DNA of 64,000 nt from Nitrospirales bacterium (lineage in GTDB: Bacteria > Nitrospirota > Nitrospiria > Nitrospirales > UBA8639): the NCBI GenBank assembly GCA_963555755.3, contig OY820905.2:4416001-4480000 (forward strand). Direction: 5' to 3'. The position numbers and the translations under genes were made by a program. Positions 40,601 through 49,814 of the stretch are shown here, piece after piece. Under the pieces are notes generated by a model that saw only the letters and a list, made by a program, of their open reading frames with translations, had not been told where the DNA came from and searched no databases. Position 1 is the first letter of the stretch. The number at the start of each line of letters is the position of its first letter.

Positions 40601-40677
40601 GCACGGTACAGCTCCTTCAGGAATTTCATGAATATGTGAATAATAGTAAGGAGTCAGAAGTAAGGAGTGAGAAGTGA
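37666..40677 (+). CDS. Hybrid sensor kinase PAS-HisKA-HATPase-REC-REC-Hpt
   Basis: MSHEIRTPLNG, NAIKFT, YGGTGLGL, REC MDWQMP, Hpt AHTLKGS. Confidence 0.94.
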   Translation: MSHRTPSHSPQASIEQELRWFHASNRAVLNSLAIAVCTLDRSGAVESLNQEAVRLLGWGESTCRGRSFHDLTQCSSMVVGKSSQDVCPIADVLQTGESLWVPRVGLMSRSRDWLMVELTCTPLVDEGASGVVLSFRDLATQIQMEDDLHRLASIPDESPFPIVEFNIQANMLYANPSMTRLMEQAGFREEGFSAALPTDVQTIVERCLTLGVSEHDVEVDVGRKQYAWLFCPLKDLQLVRGYGIDITERKQAADELGAFVEVLGQKNHELDEALTKAEAATQAKAAFLAMMSHEIRTPLNGIIGMTSLLTDSSLTPEQREDADTIQKSAEGLLRIINDILDFSKIEAGRLDFEVIDFDPHTLLEDVLDLLALRAHDKGLHLAGRVLSDVPSCLRGDPMRLRQIFTNLIGNAIKFTDHGEVVVEIHARGCDTISESEGGPEGEDLVVLHCTVCDTGIGISPEGQRRLFQPFSQADSTTTRKYGGTGLGLAISKQLVELMGGTIGVWSMPDQGSEFWTILPFASQSHRPISEPLPEFRLLQGRSVLLLESHEPTKVGIEELLKAINVSCQSKDSLAGALQALRERPIHSQMYDMALIDCEGCGDDPKRLIQELRQAMGESIVPLVPLLRGNRKGSELAVEAGGALWLTKPVRRSRLYKCLHALIHQPEASVSRESLPADVDTVLAQGRPSSHAFQGRILVAEDNPINLKVVVGMLNKTGVVVDTVTNGREACEAVAKQSYDLVFMDWQMPQMDGLQATVEIRRREAAGREALSVKRHENDDDSSHALRITPHETSPSHVPIVAMTANSMPGDREKCLAAGMDEYLVKPLRLSAVVEVLANWLTPQGAGSHVEPDHETEPGFRKAVDGDDKRRTEGCGETSTHSHTLWDPTIALSHMDEDHVLLQELIALFMETGPATLSKIREALDNQDYVMAERSAHTLKGSLGAFRAKSVQACAGELERLASEHRSDSVESVYQQLSESTVQLLQEFHEYVNNSKESEVRSEK
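39962..40038. repeat. Inverted heptamer array inside the kinase coding sequence
   Basis: ccgtgaa gcgttaa gcgtgaa gcgtcat ... ctcacgc attacgg atcacgc ctcacga. Confidence 0.8.
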
Positions 40678-40701
40678 TGTCCTGTGGAGAAATACATGGG
40701 A

Positions 40702-41016
40702 CAAATTCGAAACTCGAAATCCGAAACACATTCAAATGTTCAAATTTCAAATGACTCAAACGCTAAGAGCTGGGCCACGTGACCTTTTGCGTTAGTATGA
40801 TCCGTTTGAAACATTGCGTCGCAGCGTAAGTGATTCAAGAACAACACAGGTTCATGGGTTCCCGGTTCATGGTTGGAGAAAGATGAAGGTCAAACCTAGA
40901 ACGGTGAACCTTATAACCTGACTCCAGAGCGTTTGTGAGACAAGGGAAGTCATTTGAAACATTGGGGCTTTGGATTTCGGATGTGTTTCGGATTTCGAGA
41001 TTCGGATTTCAAATTT
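40702..41016. repeat. H element with an internal insert (GGTTCAT / GAACC-type hairpin)
   Basis: H arms; insert at about 40817-40952 bounded by direct repeats TTTGAAACATTG and shared with the 53594 and 57137 copies. Confidence 0.7.
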
Positions 41017-41026
41017 AGGGAACCTT

Positions 41027-41995
41027 ATGTCTAAACCGTCTGACACGTCTGAAATGGTATTAGTGGTTGATGATGATCCTGTCACCTTGGAATGTTTAAT
41101 GGAGACAGTGCGATTGTTCGGTTTAGGAGTATGTGCGGCTTCGGATGGAGTGCAGGCTCTGCGGATGTTTGAAGAACACCAGCCGAGTATCGTGTTGACA
41201 GATGTTCGGATGCCGAACATGGATGGATTGGCGTTGACACATCAGGTGAAGGCGCGGCGTCCTGATTGCCCTGTGATCATCGTGACCGGATATGGAGACG
41301 AATCCACAACCGTGGCGGCCTTGAAAGCCGGGGCCTCCGATTTCTTGCATAAACCGTTTCAACTTTCGGAGTTAAAAAATACCTTACAGCGGACCCTCTC
41401 GCTTGTTCGAGCGCGGTCCATGGAAACCCAGGCCCTCCAGTCATTGACGAAGCTGACGTGGTCGTTCGAAATCGAGAATGACCTTGAATCGTTAGGTGGG
41501 ATTCTGACGGTCATGCTCAGACCGATTGATGTCTGGTTGTCCGAGGCTGGTCAATTGCATGTGCGAATGGGACTGCAGGAGTTACTCATCAATGCTGTCG
41601 AGCATGGGAATTTGGGTATTTCCGCTGAGGAAAAAGGTGAGGCACTGATGAATGATACGTATGACGCCTTGCTAGACGAACGGCGTCACCTGCCCATCAA
41701 TGCCACACGTCGTGTGAAGGTGTGGATGGAACATGATGCGGCCACTCACACGTTTCATTGCCGAATTTGCGATGAGGGGGAGGGGTTTGATTGGGCGCCG
41801 CTCCTTCAGAGTAATGCCGAAGCGATTCCCTCCCTCGCGGGATCCGGGCGAGGAATTTTTTTAGTCAAAACCCTCATCCCGCACATCCAATATTTTGGCC
41901 GAGGGAACGAAGTCGCGCTGACCGTTCAGTATGGTGGAGTGGTAACACGAGAGGAGTCAGGAGTCAAAAGTCAGGCGTCAGGTATGGGGAGCTAA
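41027..41995 (+). CDS. Response regulator fused to an anti-sigma-type Ser kinase (HATPase) domain
   Basis: REC (TDVRMP), QELLINAVEHGN, DEGEGFD, SGRGIFLV, GNEV; no His-box. Confidence 0.85.
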   Translation: MSKPSDTSEMVLVVDDDPVTLECLMETVRLFGLGVCAASDGVQALRMFEEHQPSIVLTDVRMPNMDGLALTHQVKARRPDCPVIIVTGYGDESTTVAALKAGASDFLHKPFQLSELKNTLQRTLSLVRARSMETQALQSLTKLTWSFEIENDLESLGGILTVMLRPIDVWLSEAGQLHVRMGLQELLINAVEHGNLGISAEEKGEALMNDTYDALLDERRHLPINATRRVKVWMEHDAATHTFHCRICDEGEGFDWAPLLQSNAEAIPSLAGSGRGIFLVKTLIPHIQYFGRGNEVALTVQYGGVVTREESGVKSQASGMGS

Positions 41996-42036
41996 CAATA
42001 AAGAGATTTCTCACCTTTCACTCTTCACTCCTGACT
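41951..42036. repeat. Inverted heptamer array (GAGTCAG / CTGACTC type) overlapping the gene end
   Basis: gagtcag gagtcaa aagtcag gcgtcag ... ttcactc ttcactc ctgact. Confidence 0.7.
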
Positions 42037-42214
42037 ATTTCCTTAAACTCGAAATCCGAAACACATCCGAAACCCAACACTCGAATGTTTCAAACAGGGT
42101 CCTTTGATCGAAAGGGCTCAGTCCCTATTCGTCCCTTGTCATTTCGACCCTTGGGAGAAATCTCGGTTTCGCATTCACCCAACATTACGTTGGCAAGTGA
42201 CATTCGAGTTTTGA

Positions 42215-42355
42215 GGGCACCTCTAAAAACCGTCCTTTTCCGTGATGGCGGCGTCAGCCGCGTGCTCAAATCCTCATGTATTCGCCCATACATTCCGGTT
42301 TTCCGCGCGCGGCTTCCTTGCCCTCACATAAAATGCCTGGTTTTTAGAGGTACCC
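42215..42355. mobile_element. MITE family D copy 4
   Basis: 141 bp; adjoins a partial H-type element at about 42044-42212. Confidence 0.85.
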
Positions 42356-42426
42356 TTGAATTTGTTCCACACTATCCATACGGATATAACCTAAAAACAA
42401 AATTGTCGAGGTGGTGCATATTTCCT

Positions 42427-42453
42427 TAAGTTTGGCATACCCCTCTCCGATAA
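42427..42453 (+). promoter_or_regulatory. Sigma28 promoter
   Basis: TAAG-N15-TCCGATAA versus consensus TAAA-N15-GCCGATAA. Confidence 0.7.
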
Positions 42454-42490
42454 TTCAAGCAACATAAATCAGTCATAACGAGGTTACAAC

Positions 42491-42697
42491 ATGAGAGATC
42501 TTCTTACATTGGGTGAAGTCTCATCGTTTCTGAAGGTGCCGAAATCCACGATCTACAAACTCGCCCGTGAGCGGCGGCTTCCTGGTCATAAAGTAGGGAA
42601 GCACTGGCGCTTTGTCCGAGAAGAGATTGAGTCGTGGGTCCAAGGCGCTGGAATCGAAGCGGCTTCCCAAACTCCCGCATCAACGAATCAGTCATAG
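42491..42697 (+). CDS. Small excisionase-family helix-turn-helix protein
   Basis: LLTLGEVSSFLKVPKSTIYKLARERRLPGHKVGKHWRF. Confidence 0.87.
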   Translation: MRDLLTLGEVSSFLKVPKSTIYKLARERRLPGHKVGKHWRFVREEIESWVQGAGIEAASQTPASTNQS

Positions 42698-42884
42698 CGC
42701 GCCATGCTCATCCTGACGGGTTGGAGAAGCAACGATCTTGTCTGGCCAGGGTTCCCACGGCCACGTGTGGCAGCGTGAAGGGACCCTGAAGGGCAGATGT
42801 TTCAAGGCCTATCCTGGGCAGACGTGTCACGCTGGTCCCCATGATAGGGGGCGCGATTGAGTTGATGGGACATCTCAACGAAGA

Positions 42885-44834
42885 GTGGCGGTGATGGCAC
42901 CTGTTTTGGCAACGACCTTTCTCCATGATGGGGATCCCTTAGTTCGGCGTTCAGCGGTAGAAGCATTACATCCTGACGCCTGTGCCGATGAGGGTGAGCG
43001 CTCCGCGGCTATTGAATCGCTAGTCTGTGTTTTGAGTGATCCGCATGTGGCTGTCCAAGAAGCCGCCATGGCTGCCTTGGTGATGTTTGATTCTGGCCTT
43101 GTTGCCACGCACCTCCTTCCTGTTTTGCACAGTACCGTACAACATCGGAATGTGGCCATTGAAGTTCTTCAACGATTAAGCCCCACGGCTCTCCCGGTTC
43201 TCTTTCGTGCGGTGCCCGATTCTGACAAGCATATCCGTAAGTTTATTGTCGATATTGTTGGGCATATTGGAAGTCCCTCTGCGGTCGATGGCCTGTTGGA
43301 GTTCGTGCACGATTCGTGTCCGAATGTCCGTGCGACCGTCTGCGGATCACTAGGGGTGTTGGGTGATCAACGTGCGGTGGGTCCGTTAATTCGTATGGTT
43401 CAAGACCCGGAAGAATGGGTCATGTTTAGTGCGATCAACGCCTTGGGGATTCTGAAGAATGGTGAGGCGGTGCCCATGCTGCGGGGGCTGTTGTCTGTTG
43501 AGGACAGTGCGATTCGTTGTGCGGTTGTCGAGGCGTTAGGCGCCATTGGTGATCCTCAGGTGTTACCAGACTTGTTGCCTATGCTGCCAACCGCTCGGAT
43601 TCCACTTCGGAATGTGCTGTTTGTCACGATCATGGAACTGGTCGGAGATCAGGCTGAAGTCTTTCAGCGAGAAGAAATGCGGGATTATCTGTTTGCTGGA
43701 TTGGTCCAAGCGTTGAAGACCAGAGAACCGGAAGTGCAATTAGCGGCTCTCCATGGGCTGCGTTTGATCGGGAATACGAGAGCCACTGGCGCCTTGTTAT
43801 CTTTTCTGGAGGGTCAACGGGCCGGAGAAGAGGAACTTGAAGCTGCGGTGCTCCATGCCCTGACCCAGATTGGGGATGAAGACGAGTTGCTTCAGGCAGC
43901 GAGGAACGGATCTGAACGCGTGGCATTACTGTGTATTGACGCGCTTTCAACTCGTCGAGTGATCCATGCTGTTCCTGTCTTAAGCCAATTGGTGGTTCAC
44001 TCAGAGAATAGAGAAATTCGTCGAGCGGCATTAGTGGCGTTAGGTCGCATAGGGATCGAGGAAAGCGGGGAGTCGGCAGTCTTAGTGGCCCTTCAAGATC
44101 GCAGTGGGTGTGTCAGGAAGGAAGCCGCGAGAATTGTGGCTGAAAAAAAGATTCAGGATGCTGGCCATGCATTATGGAGTCGATTAGATCATGAACCGTA
44201 TCCCGACGTCCTTGTTGAGCAAGTCCGAGCCATCATCAATCTCGAATGTCAAGATCGAGTGACCATCCTTCGAGGGTTACTCGATCTTGATCGCCCAGAA
44301 GTCAGAGAAGCCGCGATTGCTCATTGGCCTGATATTCACGATCCAAGGGTTCGACAGCTGTTGGATGACCATGTGGATGATTCCGATTGGCACGTGCGCT
44401 TGTGCATCGTAGAACGATTGGTCGTGGAGCAGGACGAAACTCTGTTGGATATGTTTATTACGGCTTCCGCGGATCCACATCCCTATGTCAGGCAAGCCGC
44501 AGTTCAGGCAGTGGGTCAATTTTCAGGAGAGGCGGTGTGTGTCACCTTACGCACCGCGGTGATCAGTGACCCAGATATGTGGGTGCGTACTCGTGCCGTC
44601 GAGCAACTGGTGAAACTTCATGATGTGGATGCCTGTCAGATGTTGACACACATCCTTAAGGATTCGCCTGTTCCTCTCCAAATTGCCATCGTCAGAGCCC
44701 TAGGGACCATAGGCAACAGTACTGTGGTAGAGATACTTCAGGAGATGCAATCCCACGAAGAATCAGAAATCGAAGAAGCCGAATCTAGGAGCCTGTCCAA
44801 GATTAGGGATCGTCGCGAGGGGGTGATGGTTTGA
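42885..44834 (+). CDS. HEAT-repeat protein associated with the chemotaxis operon
   Basis: Many D-x-D-x-x-VR-x-x-A-x-x-ALG repeats; the last 15 codons come from MITE C. Confidence 0.88.
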   Translation: MAVMAPVLATTFLHDGDPLVRRSAVEALHPDACADEGERSAAIESLVCVLSDPHVAVQEAAMAALVMFDSGLVATHLLPVLHSTVQHRNVAIEVLQRLSPTALPVLFRAVPDSDKHIRKFIVDIVGHIGSPSAVDGLLEFVHDSCPNVRATVCGSLGVLGDQRAVGPLIRMVQDPEEWVMFSAINALGILKNGEAVPMLRGLLSVEDSAIRCAVVEALGAIGDPQVLPDLLPMLPTARIPLRNVLFVTIMELVGDQAEVFQREEMRDYLFAGLVQALKTREPEVQLAALHGLRLIGNTRATGALLSFLEGQRAGEEELEAAVLHALTQIGDEDELLQAARNGSERVALLCIDALSTRRVIHAVPVLSQLVVHSENREIRRAALVALGRIGIEESGESAVLVALQDRSGCVRKEAARIVAEKKIQDAGHALWSRLDHEPYPDVLVEQVRAIINLECQDRVTILRGLLDLDRPEVREAAIAHWPDIHDPRVRQLLDDHVDDSDWHVRLCIVERLVVEQDETLLDMFITASADPHPYVRQAAVQAVGQFSGEAVCVTLRTAVISDPDMWVRTRAVEQLVKLHDVDACQMLTHILKDSPVPLQIAIVRALGTIGNSTVVEILQEMQSHEESEIEEAESRSLSKIRDRREGVMV

Positions 44835-44948
44835 GTCAGATGTTTCGATCGTTTGAGGCGAATAGTGATGACTATGTAACGAAAAGGATCGAAAGATCTG
44901 GCCAAATCCAGCGCACCCGCAGTAGATCCGCTAATCTTGGACAGGCTC
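44789..44948. mobile_element. MITE family C copy 4, in the 3' end of the HEAT gene
   Basis: GAGCCTGTCCAAGATTAG...CTAATCTTGGACAGGCTC, flanks CTAG/CTCG. Confidence 0.86.
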
Positions 44949-45000
44949 CTCGTGCTCTACGCCAATTGACGACTCCTATTTCCCCACCTGAGGTGTCGGT

Positions 45001-46043
45001 ATGACGGTCGCCATGACCCAAGATACCTTTCATCGTCTTCGGGCCATGATCTATACCAAAAGTGGATTGGAGTTTCCAGAATCCAAAAAGTATTTACTCG
45101 AGAGTCGTCTGAAACAACGGCTAGCCGACACTCACTGCCGAACCTATGAAGAGTACTTCAATTACTTGCGATTTGATCCCAATCGGGACAAAGAACTGAT
45201 CGAGTTGTTTAACTGTGTGACGACCAATGAAACCTATTTTTTTCGAGACCATACTCAGATCGATTGCTTTCGGCAGTTGATCCTTCCTCACGCGATCAAA
45301 GAACGGGAAAAAATCGCAAACTTCGAATGTGGTGTGCAGGCTGTTCTTCGGGTGAGGAACCTTTCACGCTGGCCATGGTGGTGGCAGAAGAATTTCCGTC
45401 ATTGGCTGGATGGAATATTGAAATTCTTGGGACGGATATCAGTGAGCACATTTTGGCATTGGCGCGGCGAGGGGTGTATGGATCCTATTCGGTTCGGAAT
45501 GGGCCGCCTACCTATTTGCGGAAATATTTCGCGGCAAGTGAAGGCCAATATACCGTGGGGCCGACCTTACGGAAAATGGTGAAGTTTTCGAGTGTCAATT
45601 TATTTGACTCAGTGCAGATGCGTGCGTTTCGAGACATCGACGTGATCTTTTGCCGTAATGTGTTGATCTACTTTGACCAAGAGGCCAAACGAAAAATTGT
45701 GACGAGTTTTTATGATGCTCTGCTGGATTCCGGCGTATTGGTGATTGGGTTTTCCGAGTCACTGAGCGGGGTGAATCGTTTGTTTCTACCCCTTCCCTGG
45801 AATAAAACCGTCATGTACGGCAAGGCCAGCTCCACGGTTGCTGCTCCCTATACTACCCTGGCGAGTGCTGGCCTTGCTTCTCCATCGTTCCAAAGTGTGG
45901 GACGTGGTGATACGCGATCCGGAGGCGTCTCTATTTATTCACCCATGTCTTCTCCCATACCGACAGATGTCCCTGTTCCAAACACCATTTCCGGGTCAGG
46001 TATTGGCGGTGGAGGGGGAAAGCTAAAGAGAGAACCCCGATGA
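45001..46043 (+). pseudogene. cheR: Chemotaxis methyltransferase CheR split by a 1-bp frameshift (or sequence error)
   Basis: TTNETYFFRD in ORF 45001; WCAGCSSGEEP, GTDIS, IFCRNVLIYF in the -1 frame; switch at the A6 run 45308-45313. Confidence 0.85.
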
Positions 46044-46465
46044 AACCGATAATGGATGAAACACACCCTGGGTCCGTGATTTTAATCGTGGATGATTGCC
46101 GAATGACCCGTCGATTGCTGTCAATGTATCTCAGGGGAGCTGGGTATGAGGTGATAGTCGCGGAAAACGGGTTAGACGCGTTGGAGAAATTGGGACGAGA
46201 GTCGTGTGCGGTCGTGATTACGGATTTGAATATGCCGCAAATGAATGGGATTGAATTGAGACGCTCACTCAAGGATCACCCGTGCTACCAGGATCTTCCC
46301 GTGATCATGTTGACGACGCAAGGCGAAGAGCGGGAACGAAATAGTGGATTGGAGGCGGGTGTGTCGGCCTTTTTAACCAAACCGATTACGCAGGAATTGT
46401 TGATCACGGAAATTGCCCGAGTGCTACCACCAGCATGTAAGGCGGTTCCGGCGCCCATGGCCTAA
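46040..46465 (+). CDS. Single-domain response regulator
   Basis: IVDD, TDLNMP, MLTT, FLTKP. Confidence 0.88.
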   Translation: MKPIMDETHPGSVILIVDDCRMTRRLLSMYLRGAGYEVIVAENGLDALEKLGRESCAVVITDLNMPQMNGIELRRSLKDHPCYQDLPVIMLTTQGEERERNSGLEAGVSAFLTKPITQELLITEIARVLPPACKAVPAPMA

Positions 46466-46499
46466 AAAGATTCGGATAACGATTTACGGGAGACTACAC

Positions 46500-46901
46500 A
46501 TGTCAAATTTAGATCTCACGCTCAAAGTGTTGGTTGTGGATGATATGTCCACCATGCGGCGGATCCTCAAAAATGTCTTGAAGCAGATTGGGTACACGGA
46601 TCTTCATGAAGCAGAAGATGGAGCGGTTGGGCTCAAGAAACTCAGGGAAGGTGGATTTGGTCTCGTAGTCTCGGATTGGAATATGCCTGTCATGTCGGGG
46701 ATTGAGCTGTTGCGGGCTATTCGTGCTGATTCGGACATAAAACATTTGCCGGTCCTTATGGTGACCGCCGAAGCGCAAAAAGAAAATATCATCGAGGCCG
46801 TCCAGGCCGGCGTCAATAATTATGTCGTTAAGCCATTTACGGCGGATGCGCTGTTGGAGAAATTGGAAAATATCTTTGCCAAAAAGACCGTCAACGCCTA
46901 A
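46500..46901 (+). CDS. cheY: Chemotaxis response regulator CheY (motor-type)
   Basis: [37 protein letters not shown]. Confidence 0.95.
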   Translation: MSNLDLTLKVLVVDDMSTMRRILKNVLKQIGYTDLHEAEDGAVGLKKLREGGFGLVVSDWNMPVMSGIELLRAIRADSDIKHLPVLMVTAEAQKENIIEAVQAGVNNYVVKPFTADALLEKLENIFAKKTVNA

Positions 46902-46902
46902 C

Positions 46903-47919
46903 GCTGGCACATTGATTGGTCGGGCCGTGGTTCGTCAAATCATGCCTGTGGTTGCGGTAGCCAAGCAAGCCTCAGAAGGGGATCTTACGGCACGAGTGCC
47001 TGTTACAGCACAAGACGAGCTAGGAGAAATTGGACAGGCGTTCAATAAATTTTTGGACAATTTAAACGTGATGATTGGGCAAACAGCACAAGTTGCACAT
47101 ACCATGGCCGCGGCGGCAGAGGAATTGTCCGTCAATGGAACGCGAGTCGCGCAAGCGAGTCGTGAACAATCCAGCCAATCGACTCAAGTGGCCTCGTCGG
47201 TTGAGGAGATGTCCGCGACAGCCAATGAAATGACCAGGAACGCAAAGGTTATGGCTTCTACGGCGAAGGAACTCAATGGGACGGCTGTCAAAGGTGGTGA
47301 AGTCGTGACCAATTCGATGAGAGGGATGGAAGCGGTCGCTAGCACGATGCAAGTGTCTGCGGGACGTATTCAATCGTTAGGGCAGCAATCCCAACAAATC
47401 GGGGAAATCATTCGGGTCATCGAAGATATTGCCGACCAAACCAATTTATTAGCGTTGAATGCGGCGATTGAGGCTGCCCGAGCCGGTGAACAGGGCCGGG
47501 GATTTGCTGTGGTTGCCGACGAAGTTCGAAAGCTGGCCGAACGAACAGGGAAAGCGACCAAAGAGATTGGCGCGGTGATTGAAACTGTTCTGACTGGAAC
47601 TAAAGAAGCCGTTGCATCCATGGAAACGGGGACGATTGAGGTGCAAACCGGCATGCAATTAGTCAATGAAGCCGGTTTACGCTTAACGGAAATTGTGACT
47701 GGTGTGCAAAAAGTCACGGAAATGGTACAGCAGCTTGCTAGATCGATTGATGAGCAAACGAACGCCACGGAACAAATTGCCGGAGGCATTCAATCGGTCG
47801 CGGGCCTCAGTCAGCAAAATGAGAACAGTGTCGAACAAGTGGTGGGGGCGACGACTGACCTGTCGAATTTAGCCGCACGGCTCCAAAGCGACTTACAGCG
47901 ATTTCAGTTGAATTCATGA
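46903..47919 (+). pseudogene. 5'-truncated methyl-accepting chemotaxis protein (HAMP plus signalling domain)
   Basis: [23 protein letters not shown] and [38 protein letters not shown]; homology begins at the cheY stop with no sensor domain or clear RBS. Confidence 0.78.
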
Positions 47920-47920
47920 G

Positions 47921-47992
47921 AATAGTCAGGAGTGAGGAGTGTGGGAGAAAGGTGTGAAGAGTTGAGAGTGAGGAGTAAAGAGTGAGGAGTAC
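47921..47992 (+). repeat. Heptamer array (GAGTGAG type), single arm
   Basis: tagtcag gagtgag gagtgtg ... gagtgag gagtaaa gagtgag gagtacg. Confidence 0.65.
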
Positions 47993-49178
47993 GGATAAAC
48001 CGATTCGGGTCTTGGTGGTCGATGACTCGGCGTTCATGCGCAAGGCTATTGCCAACATGTTGGGTGAGTCTTCAGACTTCGTGGTCATTGATACGGCACG
48101 AAATGGGGATGAGGCGTTGGCGAAAGTCGCGACTCTGAAGCCGGATGTGATGACGTTAGATATCGATATGCCCGGGATGGATGGCTTAACCGTCCTTAAA
48201 CGAGTGATGGCCGCGCATCCGCTTCCGGTGGTGATAGTGAGTAGCCTGACCGAAGATGGTGCTCAGGTTACGATTCGAGCATTAGAACTCGGTGCGGTAG
48301 ATTTTGTCTCCAAGCATTTAGGCGGATCGGCACTCAAAATTTCCGACATTCGTGTTCTGCTACATCAGAAGGTGAGAGCCGCGGCCAAGGCCATTGGAAA
48401 AGTGGGACGACCTTCGAGTGAGGTGCAACACGTGTCCAAGCCTCTCACTTCGATCCATACGCATACACCACAGGCCTCGTTTTCGGCTTCACCCACGAAT
48501 TCCTTGGCGTCGCCGGTTCAGACATTTTCACGGCGTGCGTATTATGAAGCGAGCGGCTTGTCCCCACTGCTGGCCCTTGGGTGTTCGACCGGTGGTCCAC
48601 AGGCCCTGCAACAGGTGCTGACCCAATTGCCATCTGATTTTCCTGGGGCCGTCATTGTGGTGCAGCATATGCCAAAAATTTTTACCAAATCGTTTGCCGA
48701 ACGGCTGAACCAATTGTGCACGCTTGAAGTTCGTGAGGCTGAAGAGGGTGACGAGGTCGTGCCAGGAACTATTTTGCTTGGACCAGGAGGACAGCATCTC
48801 ACGTTGGAATGGCGTGGCACCAAAGTGATGACTCATGTCAGTGATCAACCTGTTCATCTGCCCTATCGTCCATCAGTCGATCTGATGATGCAATCCGCCG
48901 CAAAGATTTTTGAACAAAAAGTTCTCGGCGTGGTCATGACGGGGATGGGGCAAGATGGCTTGGAAGGGGTTCGAGCCATTAAGGCTCACGGTGGGACCGT
49001 GTTGGCTCAAGATGAAGCCAGCAGCATTGTGTATGGAATGCCCAAAGCGGTGGAGGAAAGTGGGTGTGCTGACAAAGTGGTCTCTTTATCCCGAATGGCG
49101 CATGAAATTCAATCGGTAATGGCGCTGAAAGACAGTATGTCTTCGCGTGAGGCTCTGTTGGTTCGTGCTTCAATATAG
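47982..49178 (+). CDS. cheB: Chemotaxis methylesterase CheB
   Basis: REC plus catalytic GCSTGGP, VQHMP, MTGMGQDG. Confidence 0.95.
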   Translation: MRSTDKPIRVLVVDDSAFMRKAIANMLGESSDFVVIDTARNGDEALAKVATLKPDVMTLDIDMPGMDGLTVLKRVMAAHPLPVVIVSSLTEDGAQVTIRALELGAVDFVSKHLGGSALKISDIRVLLHQKVRAAAKAIGKVGRPSSEVQHVSKPLTSIHTHTPQASFSASPTNSLASPVQTFSRRAYYEASGLSPLLALGCSTGGPQALQQVLTQLPSDFPGAVIVVQHMPKIFTKSFAERLNQLCTLEVREAEEGDEVVPGTILLGPGGQHLTLEWRGTKVMTHVSDQPVHLPYRPSVDLMMQSAAKIFEQKVLGVVMTGMGQDGLEGVRAIKAHGGTVLAQDEASSIVYGMPKAVEESGCADKVVSLSRMAHEIQSVMALKDSMSSREALLVRASI

Positions 49179-49281
49179 ACGGGAAACGGAAGGCGGGAGG
49201 CGGGAGATGGAAGGCGGAAGAAGATGGAAGACGACTTTTTCTTCTCCCTAACGTTTCCCGCCTCACGTCTTACGCCTTCCG
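49177..49281. repeat. Inverted heptamer array (GGCGGGA / TCCCGCC type)
   Basis: gacggga aacggaa ggcggga ggcggga gatggaa ggcggaa ... tcccgcc tcacgtc ttacgcc ttccga; similar arms at 18060, 32681, 33105. Confidence 0.75.
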
Positions 49282-49305
49282 ATATGTGCAGAGGAGGAAA
49301 TATCC

Positions 49306-49776
49306 ATGAATCAAACAGCTGATGGCATTGGTTCGACAACCGATAGCATGGATTCAATGGATGAAGTGTTTCAAGTCGTGAGTTTTGAGATTGGGGACGA
49401 GGAATATGCTGTTGATATTCTTGAGGTTCAGGAAATTATTCGTATGGTCGAGATCACTCCGGTCCCGAAGGCTCCCCACTATGTCGAAGGTGTGATCAAT
49501 TTTCGAGGCAAGGTCATCCCTATTATTGATATACGACTTCGATTTGGAATGTCCGTGGCTGAGCGTACCAATGAAACTCGTATTGTCGTGGTGGATGTGT
49601 CACGAATTATAATAGGGATTATTGTGGATTCGGTTTCTGAAGTCCTCCGCATCCCTTCGAATCTCATTGAACCTTCCCCGAGTGGAAAACAAGGTGGAAC
49701 GGAATTTCATAAAGGTGTGGGTCGTGTGGATGGCCGGATATTGAGCTTGCTGAGTTTGGACAGACTTCTGGGATAA
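49306..49776 (+). CDS. cheW: Chemotaxis adaptor CheW
   Basis: EEYAVDILEVQEI, GVINFRGKVIPIID, IVDSVSEV. Confidence 0.96.
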   Translation: MNQTADGIGSTTDSMDSMDEVFQVVSFEIGDEEYAVDILEVQEIIRMVEITPVPKAPHYVEGVINFRGKVIPIIDIRLRFGMSVAERTNETRIVVVDVSRIIIGIIVDSVSEVLRIPSNLIEPSPSGKQGGTEFHKGVGRVDGRILSLLSLDRLLG

Positions 49777-49814
49777 GGGATGGCGTTCTAGGTTCGTGCC
49801 ATAGGTATATCGTC

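Noticed and set aside
42491..42697. Prophage or integrative element marked by an excisionase
   Set aside because: No integrase, phage genes, tRNA or att-like repeats nearby.
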